The notes under the pieces are model-generated. The model was not told the DNA's origin, did not search any database, and saw only the letters and a program-made list of their open reading frames with translations. Below, piece by piece: positions 13,740 to 24,981 of a stretch of 64,000 nt of DNA. The stretch lies in assembly GCA_963823035.1 (NCBI GenBank), contig CAWGKG010000004.1, positions 192,001 through 256,000 on the forward strand. The letters are read 5' to 3'. Position numbers and translations under genes: made by a program. This DNA is from an uncultured Gemmatimonadales bacterium (GTDB taxonomy: Bacteria; Gemmatimonadota; Gemmatimonadetes; Longimicrobiales; Gaopeijiaceae). Positions within the stretch are counted from its first letter, which is position 1. Each line of letters begins with the position of its first letter.

Positions 13740-14700
13740 ACGACCGCGAGCACGTCTGGAGCCGCCGCGACTTCGTGCGGACCACCACCTCCTGCGCGAC
13801 CCACCTCGGCCTGATGGCGGCGGCCGCGCCGTGGATGCCGAGGCGCTTGTGGGCGCAGGAGCGGTACCCCGTGGTGGCCCGCGAGCCGTGGGGGCGCATC
13901 GAGGAGATCGCCGGCGGGGTGTGGGCGCTGGTCTCCACTCCGCTGGAGGGTGACCGGACCACCCTCTGCAACGGAGGCATCGTCGCGGGGCGCAGCGGCG
14001 TCCTGGTCGTCGAGGCGTTCGGCAGCGACGCGGGCGCCACCTGGATGGCGCGCGCAGGCGAAGACGCTCACTGGGAGGATGCCGACGCACGTGGTGCTCA
14101 CGCACTACCACGGAGACCACACCGGGGGCCTGCGCGGCGCGCTTCCCTCCACGGACGTGAAGCTCCTTTCCACCGACGTGACCCGGCGCCTCGTGGAGGA
14201 CCGCAACCAGGATCCGCCGCGCGCGCTCCTGGACGGCGCCGAGCTCGTGGATCCGCGGCGCCCGAGCGAGATCGACCTTGGCGGGCGCTCGGTGCTGATC
14301 GTGCCGCGCAACGGCCACACCGACTCGGATGTGAGCCTGGAGATCACGGATCCGTCGGTGGTGTTCTGCGGCGACCTGGTCTGGAACCGGATGTTCCCGA
14401 ACTACGTGGACGCGATTCCGTCGCGGTTGAGCGCGAACGTGAAGCTGCTGCGCGCGCTCGGCGCCACCACGTACGTGCCCGGTCACGGGCCGCTGGCGGA
14501 TGCGGCCGAGCTCGATCGCTATCAGACCCTGTTGGACGACGTCGAGGCGGCGGCGCGCAGGGCGATGGAGCGCGGCACGAGCGCGGAGGACGCGGGCGCC
14601 GGGTACCGGATCCCCGCGGCGCTGGGCGAGTGGACGCTCTTCAGTCCCGTCGTACTTCGGGCGGGCGATCGGCGCGTGGATGAAGGAGTTGGGAGCGTAA
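13736..14700 (+). CDS. Tat-exported MBL-fold metallo-hydrolase (frameshifts near 14050 and 14650)
   Basis: SRRDFVR twin-arginine signal; THYHGDHTGG, GHTDSD, FCGDL, VPGHG motifs. Confidence 0.85.
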
Positions 14701-14818
14701 CCGCGGCGGCGAGCCCCGCGTTCGTCACCACCGACTTCACCGCGCGCCCGAGGTTGCTAGCTTTGACGGGTCGTGGCGGCCACCGTCGCCACAGCGTAGC
14801 GATCACATCGGAGCATCC

Positions 14819-16019
14819 ATGTCGGGCACCAAGGGAACCATCGCGATCCTCACGGGGGGCGGCGACGTCCCCGGTCTCAATCCTGCCATCCGGGCGGTCA
14901 CCATCCGCGCGCGTAGGGAGGGCTACCGCGTCATCGGCATCCGCCGGGGTTGGCGCGGCCTCGTGGACATCGTGCCGGAGCCCGGCGCGGACAACTCGGC
15001 GTGCCTGACCGAGCTGACCGAGGAGCTCGTGAACCGGATCGGGCGCACGGGCGGCACGTTCCTGCACACGTCGCGCACGCGCGCGAGCCACCTGCCGCTC
15101 GGGCTCGTCCCGGAACACCTGAAGGACCGCTACACCGACCCGATCAACGACATCACGCCCGACATCCTCAAGAACCTCGACTTCCTGGGCGTCGACATCA
15201 TCGTCCCGATCGGTGGCGACGACACCCTGTCCTATGCGCACCGCCTCCACCAGGAGGGCGTGCGCGTGGTGGCGATCCCGAAGACGATGGACAACGACGT
15301 GCCGGGCACGGACTACTGCATCGGCTTCAGCACGTGCGTGACGCGCACGATCGAGCTGACGCACCGGCTGCGCACCTCCGCAGGGTCGCACGAGCGCATC
15401 CTGGTGATCGAGGTGTTCGGCCGCTACGCCGGCTTCACTGCGCTCCTGCCGACCATGGCCGGCGCCGCCGACCGCTGCGTCATCCCCGAGCATCCCTTCG
15501 ACGTCGAGCGCCTCACGCACGCTCCTGGTGAAGGACCGTGAAGCGAACCCGAGCCGCTACTCCGTGGTCCTGGTCTCCGAGGGCGCCACGATGACGCACC
15601 AGGAGGACATGGTCTTCGAGAGCGAGGAGGCCGACCAGTTCGGGCACAAGAAGCTGGGCGGCGTGGGCGACCAGGTGTCGGACAGGATCAGGGACGTCTC
15701 CCCGAAGTTCAACCACGGGAAGGAAATCAACATCGTGAACCAGCGGCTCGGCTATCTGGTTCGCTCGGGTGATCCGGACGCGCTGGACTCGATCGTGCCG
15801 ATGGCTTTCGGCAACCTCGCGTTGGATCTGATCCTCGAAGGTCGGAGCGGACTGCTCGTGGCCGTGCGCAACGGCGTGTACAGCCCGGTGCCCGTGGAGG
15901 CCGTCGTCGGAACGAAGAAGGTCGTGGACGTGAACCTCTACTACGACACGGACCGCATGCGCCCGAAGTACGACCGCTTCTCGTCGCGACCGCTCTTCAT
16001 CATGACCAGCGGAACCTGA
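14819..16019 (+). CDS. pfkA: 6-phosphofructokinase family, PPi-type signature (frameshift near 15525)
   Basis: ILTGGGDVPGLNPAIR, GGTFLHTSR, IGGDDT, IPKTMDND, EVFGRYAG, LGYLVRSG. Confidence 0.9.
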
Positions 16020-16046
16020 GGCTCGATCCCCCCGGCTCGACCGGGA

Positions 16047-17575
16047 TCAGGGGGGAGAGGGGAGGGGAGGGCGGCCCTCACGCCGCGCGACCGCCATCCG
16101 GTAGACGTCGTGGTACTCGGCCACCGACCGGGTCCACCCGAAGTCCGTCGCATGGCCTCCCGGATGCGCTCCTGCCAGCCGGTGGGGTCCGCGTAGAGCG
16201 TCAGCGCGTCCACCAACGCCTCGCGCAGGGCCGACGGCTGGTACTCGTCGAAGAGGAAGCCCGTGACCCGGTCCTCGATCGTGTCGGCCAGTCCCCCGAC
16301 CCGGCGTGCGACAGGGAGCGCGCCGTAGCGCTGCGCGCGCATCTGCGTGAGCCCGCAGGGCTCGTAGAGGGAGGGCATCAGCAGGATGTCCGCCCCGCCC
16401 AGCAGGCGGTGCTCGAACTCCTCGGTGAAGTCGAACTGCACGGCCACCCGGTCGGGAGCCCATCCGGCCAGAGCGCTCAGCCGGTCGTGGTAGTAGCGCT
16501 CTCCGTGTCCAAGGAAGACCCACTGCGCGGGTAGATCCAGGATGTTCGCGTCCAGGATGAGGTCGAGCCCCTTCTGCCGCACGAGACGGGCGATCAGCCC
16601 CACGATCGGCGTCCTTGGCTCGGTCGCGAAGCCGCACTCCTGCTGGAGGCGCTTCTTGCTCAGCGCCTTTCCGTCGAGGCAGTCGGGGTCGTACGGGCGG
16701 GGCAGCTCGGGGTCGTCGGAGGGGTCCCACAGATCGAGCTCGATCCCGTTGAGGATCCCCACGAAACGGTCGCCGAGCGCTGTGAAGGCGGTGTCCAGGC
16801 CGAAGCCGCCGACCCCGGTGCACAGCTCCCTGGCGTGCGTCGGGCTCACCGTGGTGACCATGTCGGCGCACACCAGGGCACCCTTGAGCAGGTTGACCTG
16901 ACCGTGCCACTCGAGGAACTGCCAGTGGTAGTGCCGCGGGTCGATGCCGAGCTCGCCCAGGATCGACGGGGCGTAGTAGCCCTGGAAGCCGCCGTTGTGG
17001 ACGGTCATCACGCTGGACACCGCGTCGAAGTAGGGGTGGCCGGCCAGTGTCGTGCGCAGGTAGATCGGCGCCAGCGCGGCGTGCCAGTCGTGTGCGTGGA
17101 TCAGGGTCCGCCCGGGCGACAGGATCGGAAGCGCCTCGAGCGCGGCGCGGCAGTAGAAGGCGAAGCGACGGTGGTTGTCCGGATAGGCGCCCCCGTCGTC
17201 GCCGTACAGGCCCTCGCGGTCGAAGTAGGCGTCGTTGCCGATGAAGAAGACCTCCGGCGCGCCCGCGTCGGTCGGAAGGCGGTGGAGCGATGCGCGCTCC
17301 ACCCGGTCCGCCACCGGCACGGACAACTCGCCGATCGGCTCGATCCAGGGGAAGTTCTCCCGGACCCTCCGGTAGAGCGGGATGACGACCACGGTCGGTA
17401 CGCCGGATTCGGCCTGATAGCGGGCGATTCCCCGCACGGCCTCTCCCAGACCGCCCGAGCGCGCGTACGGCCAGTACTCGGACGCCAGGTGCACGACGGT
17501 CTCCGAAAACTCGGGTCGGTGATGCTCTGTGCGCGGCACCTTTTCGGGGCTCCCGGGTCGTGATCGCCGTGACAC
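16047..17575 (-). CDS. glgA: Glycogen synthase (GT5)
   Basis: ASEYWPYARSGGLGE, IHAHDWHAAL, TVHNGGFQG, GILNGI, RLVRQKG, MPSLYEPCGLTQM; start and end approximate. Confidence 0.9.
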
Positions 17576-17655
17576 CGTCGGGGGGAGCGGTTCCTACCCC
17601 GGCCGGCGCCTCCACGTTCGTCCGGTCCGGCGCGCGTCCCGCGCGCTACGCCGCC

Positions 17656-17687
17656 AGGGGGCCCGGTCTCGATCCCCGGGGCCCCCT
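17656..17687. terminator. GC-rich hairpin between glgP and glgA
   Basis: AGGGGGCCCGG...CCGGGGCCCCCT near-perfect inverted repeat just after the glgP stop; no U tract, so it may be a stability element instead. Confidence 0.35.
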
Positions 17688-17695
17688 CGGCCGCG

Positions 17696-19860
17696 TCACG
17701 CCACCGGTGGATCGTCGGTTTCCACGTCCCCGGCCAACGCCGGAACGTAGTAGCGCTCGGTGTACTCCTGGACCATCCGCTCCGCCGTGAAGTGCGTGCC
17801 CGCGACGCGCAGCGCCTCCTTCATCTTGCGGATCCACCCGCGGGGGAGGTCTTCCTCGTCGCGGTCGTAGTAGAGCGGAACGACCTCACGCTCGAGGAGG
17901 GTGAAGAGGGCGTCGTGGTCGTGGGCGTCGACCTCTTCGTCGGTGCCCTCGGCCACCGGCACGGCCCACCCGTTCGTTCCGGTGAAGCCCTCGGCCCACC
18001 ACCCGTCCAGCGTGCCGATCTGTGGCACGCAGTTGAGCGCCGCCTTCATCCCGCTGGTGCCGGAGGCCTCCATCGGGACGCGCGGCATGTTCAGCCAGAC
18101 GTCCACACCCTGCACCAGGCGGTGCGCCACATGCAGCTCGTAGTCCTCCACGAAGGCGATCCGACCCTCGAAGCGCGGGTCGCGCGTCAGCTGCCAGACA
18201 CGCTGCAGGACCCTCTTGGCTTCGTCGTCGGCCGGGTGCGCCTTCCCCGAGAAGACGAGCTGAACGGGGCGCCTCGGGTCCGTGAGGAGCCGCCTGAGCC
18301 GCTCCTCGTCACGGAAGAGGAGGTTGGCGCGCTTGTAGGTCGCGAAGCGCCGCGCGAAGCCGAGCGTGAGCGGCTCCGGCGTCAGGAGCGTGCCGGCGCC
18401 CACGAGGTGCGCGGCCTCGCGCCAGAGCTGGATCCAGCGGACCCGCGCCTGCTCCTTGCAGAAGTCGAGCAGCGTCTCCTTCAGGTAGACGTGGATGTTC
18501 CAGACCATGGTGTCGTCCAGCTCGTGGACCCGGTCCCAGGGGCGCGGACCGTTGAGCCGCGCCTCCCACTCTTCCCCGAAGAGGCCGTCGAGAAGCACCA
18601 TGTAGTGATGGGACATCCAGCTCGGTAGGTGCACCCCGTTCGTGACGCTCGCCGATCGGGAGGTGGGCCGGGTCGCGTCCGGGCCAGAAGGACTTCCACA
18701 GCTCCTGGGTCACCCGCCCGTGGCGCTTGGAGACGCCGTTGACGTTGGCGGACAGCCGGATCCCCGCGGCGGTCATGTGGAAGCGACCCCCGATCGAGGT
18801 CCGGATGCGCCCCGAGGGCGTAGAAGGAGTCCCGATCCATGGGGCCCTCCTCCCAGTACGCCGAGCACACCGCGTCGACCGACTCGGGGGGGAACATGTC
18901 GTGCCCGGCCGGTACGGGCGTGTGCGTCGTGAAGACCGAGTGCGCGCGCACGTTGCGGATGGCGTCCTCCTTCGACTCCCCGGCCTCCAGTCGCGCGCGC
19001 AAGCGCTCCACCATCATGAACGAAGCGTGGCCTTCGTTCGCGTGCCACGCCCCGGGGCGGATACCCAGCGCCCTCAGCACGCGCACGCCGCCAATGCCGA
19101 GGATCCACTCCTGCTTGAGGCGATGCTCGTGCTCGCCGCCGTAGAGCTTGTACGTCAGCTCCCGGTCCTCGGGGTCGTTCTCCGGGAGGTTCGTGTCGAG
19201 GAGGTAGAGCTTGATCCGCCCCGCCTCGAGCAGCCACGCGCCCACGTGGATGATGCGGCCCGACGTCTCCACGGACGCGAGCGACAGGCTGCCGCTCGGT
19301 CCCGTCAGCCGGACCAGGGGCATGATCTCGGGATCGAAGACCTCGTCCGAGTCCTCCTGCCAGCCGTCGAGGTTGAGCTTCTGGTCGAAGTAGCCCTTCG
19401 AGTACAGGAGCCCGACCCCGATGAGCGGGACGCCCAGGTCCGAGGCCGCCTTGCAGTGGTCACCCGCCAGCACGCCGAGGCCCCCCGAGTAGATGGGGAT
19501 CGAGTTGTGCAGGCCGAACTCCGCGCAGAAGTACGCGACCGGGTTGTCGAGGCTCACGTCCGGGAAGTACCGGGAGAACCACGTGTCCCCGGTCCTCAAC
19601 GTCTCGTCGAAGGCCGCCAGCGTCCGGTCGTACAACTTGAGGAACTCCGGATCCGACGCGCACTCGGCAAGGCGGCCTGGGCTCACCTGTCGGAGCAACG
19701 CCACCGGGTTGTGGCGCGTGGCCGACCAGATGACCGGGTCGACCGCACGCAGCATCCAGCGGGCGCGACGATCCCAGCGCCACCAGAGGTTGAGCGCGAT
19801 GCGCTCGAGGTCCGCGATGCGTTCCGGCAGATAGGGGATCTTCCCCGAATCTTCCGTCAT
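17696..19860 (-). CDS. glgP: Alpha-glucan (glycogen) phosphorylase, frameshifts near 18650 and 18790
   Basis: LERIALNLWWRW, AYFCAEFGLH..IYSGGLGVLAGDH, HANEGHASF, FTTHTPVPAGHD, GFARRFATYKR, EASGTSGMKAALN. Confidence 0.93.
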
Positions 19861-20015
19861 TGTGAAGTGATTCCGTTGCCGTTGGGGGGGTACACATTGG
19901 CAATCCAGTCGGGTGAAATTAACTACGAGACCGGTGCGCTTGTGAAGACAGCGGGACGCGAGGCGAGGGCTGTCGCCCCGCAGTGACGTCCTCGAGAGTC
20001 GGGGAGGGAATTGGC

Positions 20016-20362
20016 ATGGCAAGGAACGACAAGGACTTCAGGGATTCGCGTGCGGGACTTCGTCTCCCGCCATCCGGACGGCTGGAGCCACGACGAGTGG
20101 CTCGGGCTGCTGGCGGAGCTCGGCGAAGCCGGCGTGGACACGAACGACCACGAGACGATCGGCGCCGCGCTGGAGCACGAGCGGCTGCTCGTCGTCCTCG
20201 AGCGGGCGTCGGTGAAGGGCCTGGGGCCGAAGCGCCGCGAGGCGGTGGCCGGGCGCTTCGGGCGCCTGTGGGACCTGAAGCACGCTTCCGTGGAGGACAT
20301 CGCCGCCCTGCCCTCGTTCCACGTGGGGCTTGCGGAGGCGCTGCACCGAGGCCCTTCGGTAG
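20016..20362 (+). CDS. Small protein with C-terminal tandem helix-hairpin-helix region (frameshifted)
   Basis: ...VKGLGPKRREAVAGRFGRLWDLKHASVEDIAALPSF resembles the UvrC C-terminal (HhH)2 domain; GGGAGG RBS. Confidence 0.6.
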
Positions 20363-20386
20363 GCGGCCGCGGCTTGGCCGTCCTCC

Positions 20387-20402
20387 TGGCATCGAAGTTG
20401 CA
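20387..20402 (+). promoter_or_regulatory. Sigma54 (-24/-12) promoter upstream of OmpA gene
   Basis: TGGCATCGAAGTTGCA matches TGGCAY-N5-TTGCW with exact GG-N10-GC spacing, about 50 nt before the ATG. Confidence 0.65.
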
Positions 20403-20449
20403 TCCCGGGGCATCGCGACGTGGCCTGTGAACGAACGAAGGAGAATGAT

Positions 20450-21145
20450 ATGTCGCTGGACCGGACGCCCATGCGGAGCCGCGCCTTCACGGCGGCGATC
20501 CTCTGTCTCTCCCTTGTGGGCGGGGGCTGCGCCTCGATGAACAGGACCGAGAAGGGCGCGGCGGGCGGCGCGGCCGCGGGCGCGGCCGTCGGCGGCCTCA
20601 TCGGGAAGGCGGCCGGCTCGACCGCCAGGGGCGCGATCCTGGGCGCCGTGGTCGGCGGTGCGGCCGGCGCGGTCATCGGGAACCGCATGGACAAGCAGGC
20701 CGAGGAGCTCGACGCCGAGCTTCCGAACGCCACCGTGGAACGGGTCGGCGAGGGCATCCAGATCACCTTCGATTCCGGCATCCTCTTCGACGTCGACTCG
20801 GACGTGCTCCGGCGGGCGTCGCAGGACAACCTCTCCAACCTGGCCCAGAGCATCGCGGACTACGAGGGCACGCGCATCCTGGTCGTGGGCCACACGGACG
20901 CGACCGGATCGGACGCCTACAACCAGAGCCTCTCGGAGCGGCGGGCCAACTCGGCGCGCACGTACCTGCTCCGGCAGGGCGTGTCCGGCGACCGCATCGA
21001 AGCCGTGGGTCGAGGCGAATCCGAGCCCGTGGCCGACAACGAGACGGCGACGGGCCGACAGGAGAATCGGCGCGTGGAGGTCGCGATCTTCGCGAGTGAG
21101 GCTTTCCAGAAGGCGATGCTCGATCGTTACGGCCGCGGAGGCTGA
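20450..21145 (+). CDS. OmpA family lipoprotein with glycine zipper (YiaD-like)
   Basis: Lipobox-like GGGC; GAAGGAAAGAAVGGLIG zipper; ILFDVDS, VVGHTDATGS, NQSLSERRA, NRRVEVAI. Confidence 0.93.
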   Translation: MSLDRTPMRSRAFTAAILCLSLVGGGCASMNRTEKGAAGGAAAGAAVGGLIGKAAGSTARGAILGAVVGGAAGAVIGNRMDKQAEELDAELPNATVERVGEGIQITFDSGILFDVDSDVLRRASQDNLSNLAQSIADYEGTRILVVGHTDATGSDAYNQSLSERRANSARTYLLRQGVSGDRIEAVGRGESEPVADNETATGRQENRRVEVAIFASEAFQKAMLDRYGRGG

Positions 21146-21152
21146 TCCTCCG

Positions 21153-21597
21153 TCAGTCGGTGGTCCCGGGAGCTCGGGTGGGTAGCGCGTAGAGGTGCGC
21201 CGTCACCGCCACCCCGATCAGAACGAGCAGAGCCACGGCCCAGAGGCGCTCCCAGAGCAGCAGGGCGGACAGCCCCATGAAGGCCCACATGGTGACGACC
21301 GACGTGGTGCGCACGCGCCGTGACATGACGCCGGTGGTCGCGGTAGTCGCTCAGGTACTTCCCGAAGAGCCGGTTCTCGTACAGCCAGCGCTCCGCACGT
21401 TGGGAGCTGCGCGCGAAGCACCACCCGGCCAGGAGGAGGAAGCAGGTCGTCGGCCAGAGCGGGACGAAGATCCCGATCACGCCGAGCACCACGCTGGTGG
21501 CTCCCACGGAGAAGTAGACCGTGCGGCGCAGGGGGCTCGGGAGGGTTCGTGCCACGCGCTCGGCGGCTGCGTGGTCGACGGGGCAGGAGTCGTTCAC
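21153..21597 (-). CDS. ybaN: YbaN (DUF454) family membrane protein, frameshift near 21330
   Basis: LGVIGIFVPLWPTTCFLLLAGWCFARSSQRAERWL. Confidence 0.85.
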
Positions 21598-21721
21598 GGG
21601 TCGGCTTCGTGTTCGAGAGGGTCGGGTTCCCAATGGTGGCGCTTCGCGGGCCTGTGCTCAAGAGCCGTCGTGCGCCGCGGCCGTTGACCCGCCCGTTCGG
21701 GCGGCTGTAGACTTCTCGTTC

Positions 21722-21841
21722 AATCCATCGAGACCGGCTGAGGGACAGGCCCTTTGACGCCGGGGCAACCTGGAGAGCGTGGCTGCTCGCCAAGGTGCCA
21801 ACTCCTGCGGCGAGCCTTCGCGGCTCGCCGGAAGATGGTTC
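21722..21841 (+). ncRNA. SAM-I (S-box) riboswitch
   Basis: P1 CCATC/GATGG, GAGGGACAGGCCC, GGCAACC, AAGGTGCCAACTCC, P4 GGCGAGCC-TTCGC-GGCTCGCC, GGAAGAT; directly upstream of met genes. Confidence 0.92.
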
Positions 21842-21927
21842 GCCCGCTGCGCACCGCGCGGCCGCCGAGCAGCACCCGGGCGACGGTCCTCAGGGGTTTC
21901 CGATGCAACCTCTCGAGGAGAACCGTC

Positions 21928-22978
21928 ATGCGCACCCACGCAGCCGCCCGCCCGCACGTCGAAGCCTACCGCAGCACGGGAACGTCTCCCGGGCGTTCCG
22001 CCGACGGTACCGGGGCCCGCATCGGTTCGACGCGATGCGTCCTCCCTCTCGACCACCATGGCCCCACCCGGGTCGAGCTCTCATGGGAGGTGCACGGCCC
22101 CCCGTGCGCGCCCCCCGTCGTCGTGCTCGGCGGCATCTCTGCCGACCGGCACGTCGGCGCGTCCGCGGCGCGCCCCGAGCCCGGCTGGTGGCGGGGCGTG
22201 GTCGGCCCCGGTGCCCCGCTCGACACGCACCGCCTGCGCGTGATCGGGTTGGACTGGCTGGCCGGCCCCCGATCGCACCGGCGACCCGAGGACCCCGTCA
22301 CGACGGCCGACCAGGCGCGCGCCGTCCTCGCCGTGCTCGACCATCTCGGCGTGGCTCGCACGAGCCTGGTCGGCGCCTCCTACGGCGGCATGGTCGCCCT
22401 CAGCCTCGCGCTCCAGGCGCCCGAGCGCGTGCGTCGACTCGCGGTGGTGGGCGCGGCGCACCGCGCGCATGCGCTCGCCACGGGACTGCGCGCCATCCAG
22501 CGGCGGCATCCTGCGGCTCGGCGGCGGCGGACCCGAAGCGGTGTCGCTGGCCCGGGCCCTGGCTCTGACGACGTACCGGAGCGCGCGCGAGCTCGACCGC
22601 CGCTTTCCGCATCGACGGGTGGGACCGTCGGGCGCGGCGGAGGCCTCCCCCGTCGAGGCATGGCTCGCCGCCCACGGTGAGCGCTTCGCCGCTCGCTTCG
22701 ACGCGGAGCGCTACGCGACGCTCTCCGAGTCGATCGACCTCCACGACGTGGACCCTTCCGCCCTCTCCGTGCCGACGCTCCTCGTGAGCTTCACCACGGA
22801 CCTGCTCACGCCGCCGTGGCTCGTCGACGAGCTGGTCGCGCGAGCGCCCGGCGTCACGCGCCACGTCACGATCGAGTCGGACTTCGGACACGACGCCTTC
22901 CTCAAGGAATCCGCGCGGGTGGGTGAGGTGCTGGCCGGATTCCTCTCCGTGGTGCAGGGACGGGAGGTGGCCCGATGA
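21928..22978 (+). CDS. metX: Homoserine O-acyltransferase (MetX family), frameshift near 22505
   Basis: VVLGGISADRH, GWWRGVVGPG, VGASYGGMV nucleophile, LTTYRS, LSESIDLH, SDFGHDAFLKE; under SAM riboswitch. Confidence 0.88.
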
Positions 22979-24145
22979 GCCGGCCGGCGACGCGGGCCGT
23001 GCGCGCGGCCATCGCCTCGGACCCGGAGCACGGCGCGGTGGTGCCCCCGCTCCACCTGTCCGCGAACTTCACCTTCGAAGCGCCCGGCGTGTGCGGTCGG
23101 TTCGACTACACCCGCTCCGGCAACCCGACCCGGCAGCAGCTCGCCGACGCGATTGCCTCGCTCGAGGGTGGCGTGGGCGCGGTGGTGACGTCGAGCGGCA
23201 TGGCCGCCGTGACGGTGGTGCTCCACCTGGTCGCTTCGCGGCGACACCGTGGTCGCGCCCCACGACTGTTACGGAGGCACGCAGCGTCTCCTGAAGGCGT
23301 TGAGCGACCGCGTGGGCTTCCACGTCCTCTGGCTGGATCAGACCGACGACGGCTCCATCGAGGCGGCCGAGCGCAGCGGCGCGCGGCTCGTGTGGGTGGA
23401 AACGCCCAGCAATCCCCTGCTACGCGTCACCGACATCCGCCGGTGGAGCGACCTCTCGCGTCGCCTGGGCGCGGTGTGCGTGGTCGACAACACCTTCCTG
23501 TCGCCCGCGCTGCAGCGGCCGCTCGAGCACGGCGCGGATCTCGTCGTCCACTCCACCACGAAGTTCGTCAACGGGCACAGCGACGTGGTCGGAGGGGCCG
23601 TGGTGGCCCGCGACGAAGCGGCGCTCGAGGAGCTGACGTGGTGGGCGAACTGCCTCGGCGTCACGGGCGCGCCCTTCGACGCGTGGCTCACCCTGCGCGG
23701 CGTGCGGACGCTGCGCGCCCGCCAACGGATCCACGAGGAGAACGCGCTGGCCGTGGTGGGCCTGCTCCGGCGGCACGGAGCGGTGGCGCGGGTGCATCAT
23801 CCGAGCCTTCCCGACCATCCGGGTCACCGGGTGGCGGCCGCGCAGCAGGACGGGTGGGGTAGCCTGGTCAGCCTCGATCTCGAGGGAGGGAGGGTGGCCG
23901 TGGACGCGTTCCTCCATGGGCTGGAGTGCTTCACGCTGGCGGAGTCGCTCGGCGGGGTGGAGAGCCTGGTGGCGCATCCGTCCACGATGACGCACGCCTC
24001 GATGGACGAGGACGCGCGGCTCGCGGCAGGCGTGCACGAGGGGCTGCTGCGCCTTTCGATCGGCATCGAAGACGTGGAGGACCTGAGCGAGGACCTGACG
24101 CGCGCCCTCGACCGGGCGGAGGAGGCCTCGTGGGCCGCCGTCTGA
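22975..24145 (+). CDS. metB: Cystathionine gamma-synthase, frameshift near 23240
   Basis: DYTRSGNPTR, HDCYGGT, WVETPSNPLL, VDNTFLSP, HSTTKFVNGHSDV PLP Lys, AESLGGVESL. Confidence 0.92.
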
Positions 24146-24918
24146 GCTCCGCGCGGACAAACCCCGGCCCGGTGGTCGTCCTCAAGTTCGGCTCGTCCGT
24201 CCTCGAGGGTGCGGGGGGCTACGTGGCGGCGGCCGCCGAGGTGGCGCGCGAGGTGGAGGTGGGGCGGCGCGTCGTGGCGGTGGTGTCGGCGCCACCCGGA
24301 ACGACGGATGCGCTCCTCGGTGCCGCCGCACCGCTGGCGCCAAGGCCGCCGGAGCGGCTCGTCAGCCGCCTGCTCGCGACCGGGGAGGCGGCCTCCGTCG
24401 CCCTCCTCGCGATCGCGCTTTCCGCGCGCGGCGTCGAGGCGTGCGCCCTCGACGCCGCCGGGCTGGCGCTGCGGACGCAGGGCCCGCCGCTGGATGCCGA
24501 CCCGGTCGACGTCGACGTCGCGAGCCTGCGGGGCGCGCTGGAGCGGTACCCGGCGCTGGTGGTGCCTGGCTTCGTCGGCGTGGACCCCGACGGCGAGCTC
24601 TCCCTCCTGGGGAGGGGAGGGTCCGACCTGACCGCGCTCTTCCTGGCGGACCGCCTCGACGCGGTGGAGTGCCGGTTGCTCAAGGACGTGGACGGCGTCC
24701 ACGCCGCCGACCCGAATGTGGATCCGTCGGCGCCGGTGTTCCGCCGGGCGTCATGGGAGGTCGTGCTGGAGGTCGGAGGGGCGCTCGTCCAGGGGAAGGC
24801 GGTGCGCTTCGCGCGCGAGCGCGGGCGCACGTTCCGGGTGGCCGCGCTCGGAGGAGAAGGAACATGGGTCGGTGGGCTGCCGGCCCTCGACCCCGGGCTG
24901 GCGTCCGCACCGGGATGA
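24130..24918 (+). CDS. Short aspartate kinase-like protein (amino acid kinase domain only)
   Basis: VVVLKFGSS, VVAVVSA, LLATGE, LGRGGSDLTA, KDVDGV; ends without ACT domains; GGAGG RBS before GTG. Confidence 0.8.
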   Translation: MGRRLSSARTNPGPVVVLKFGSSVLEGAGGYVAAAAEVAREVEVGRRVVAVVSAPPGTTDALLGAAAPLAPRPPERLVSRLLATGEAASVALLAIALSARGVEACALDAAGLALRTQGPPLDADPVDVDVASLRGALERYPALVVPGFVGVDPDGELSLLGRGGSDLTALFLADRLDAVECRLLKDVDGVHAADPNVDPSAPVFRRASWEVVLEVGGALVQGKAVRFARERGRTFRVAALGGEGTWVGGLPALDPGLASAPG

Positions 24919-24981
24919 GCAGGCGAGACGACGCGGGGAGGGGTGGCGGCCCGATCGGGCCGCCACGCTCTCCGTTGGGCG

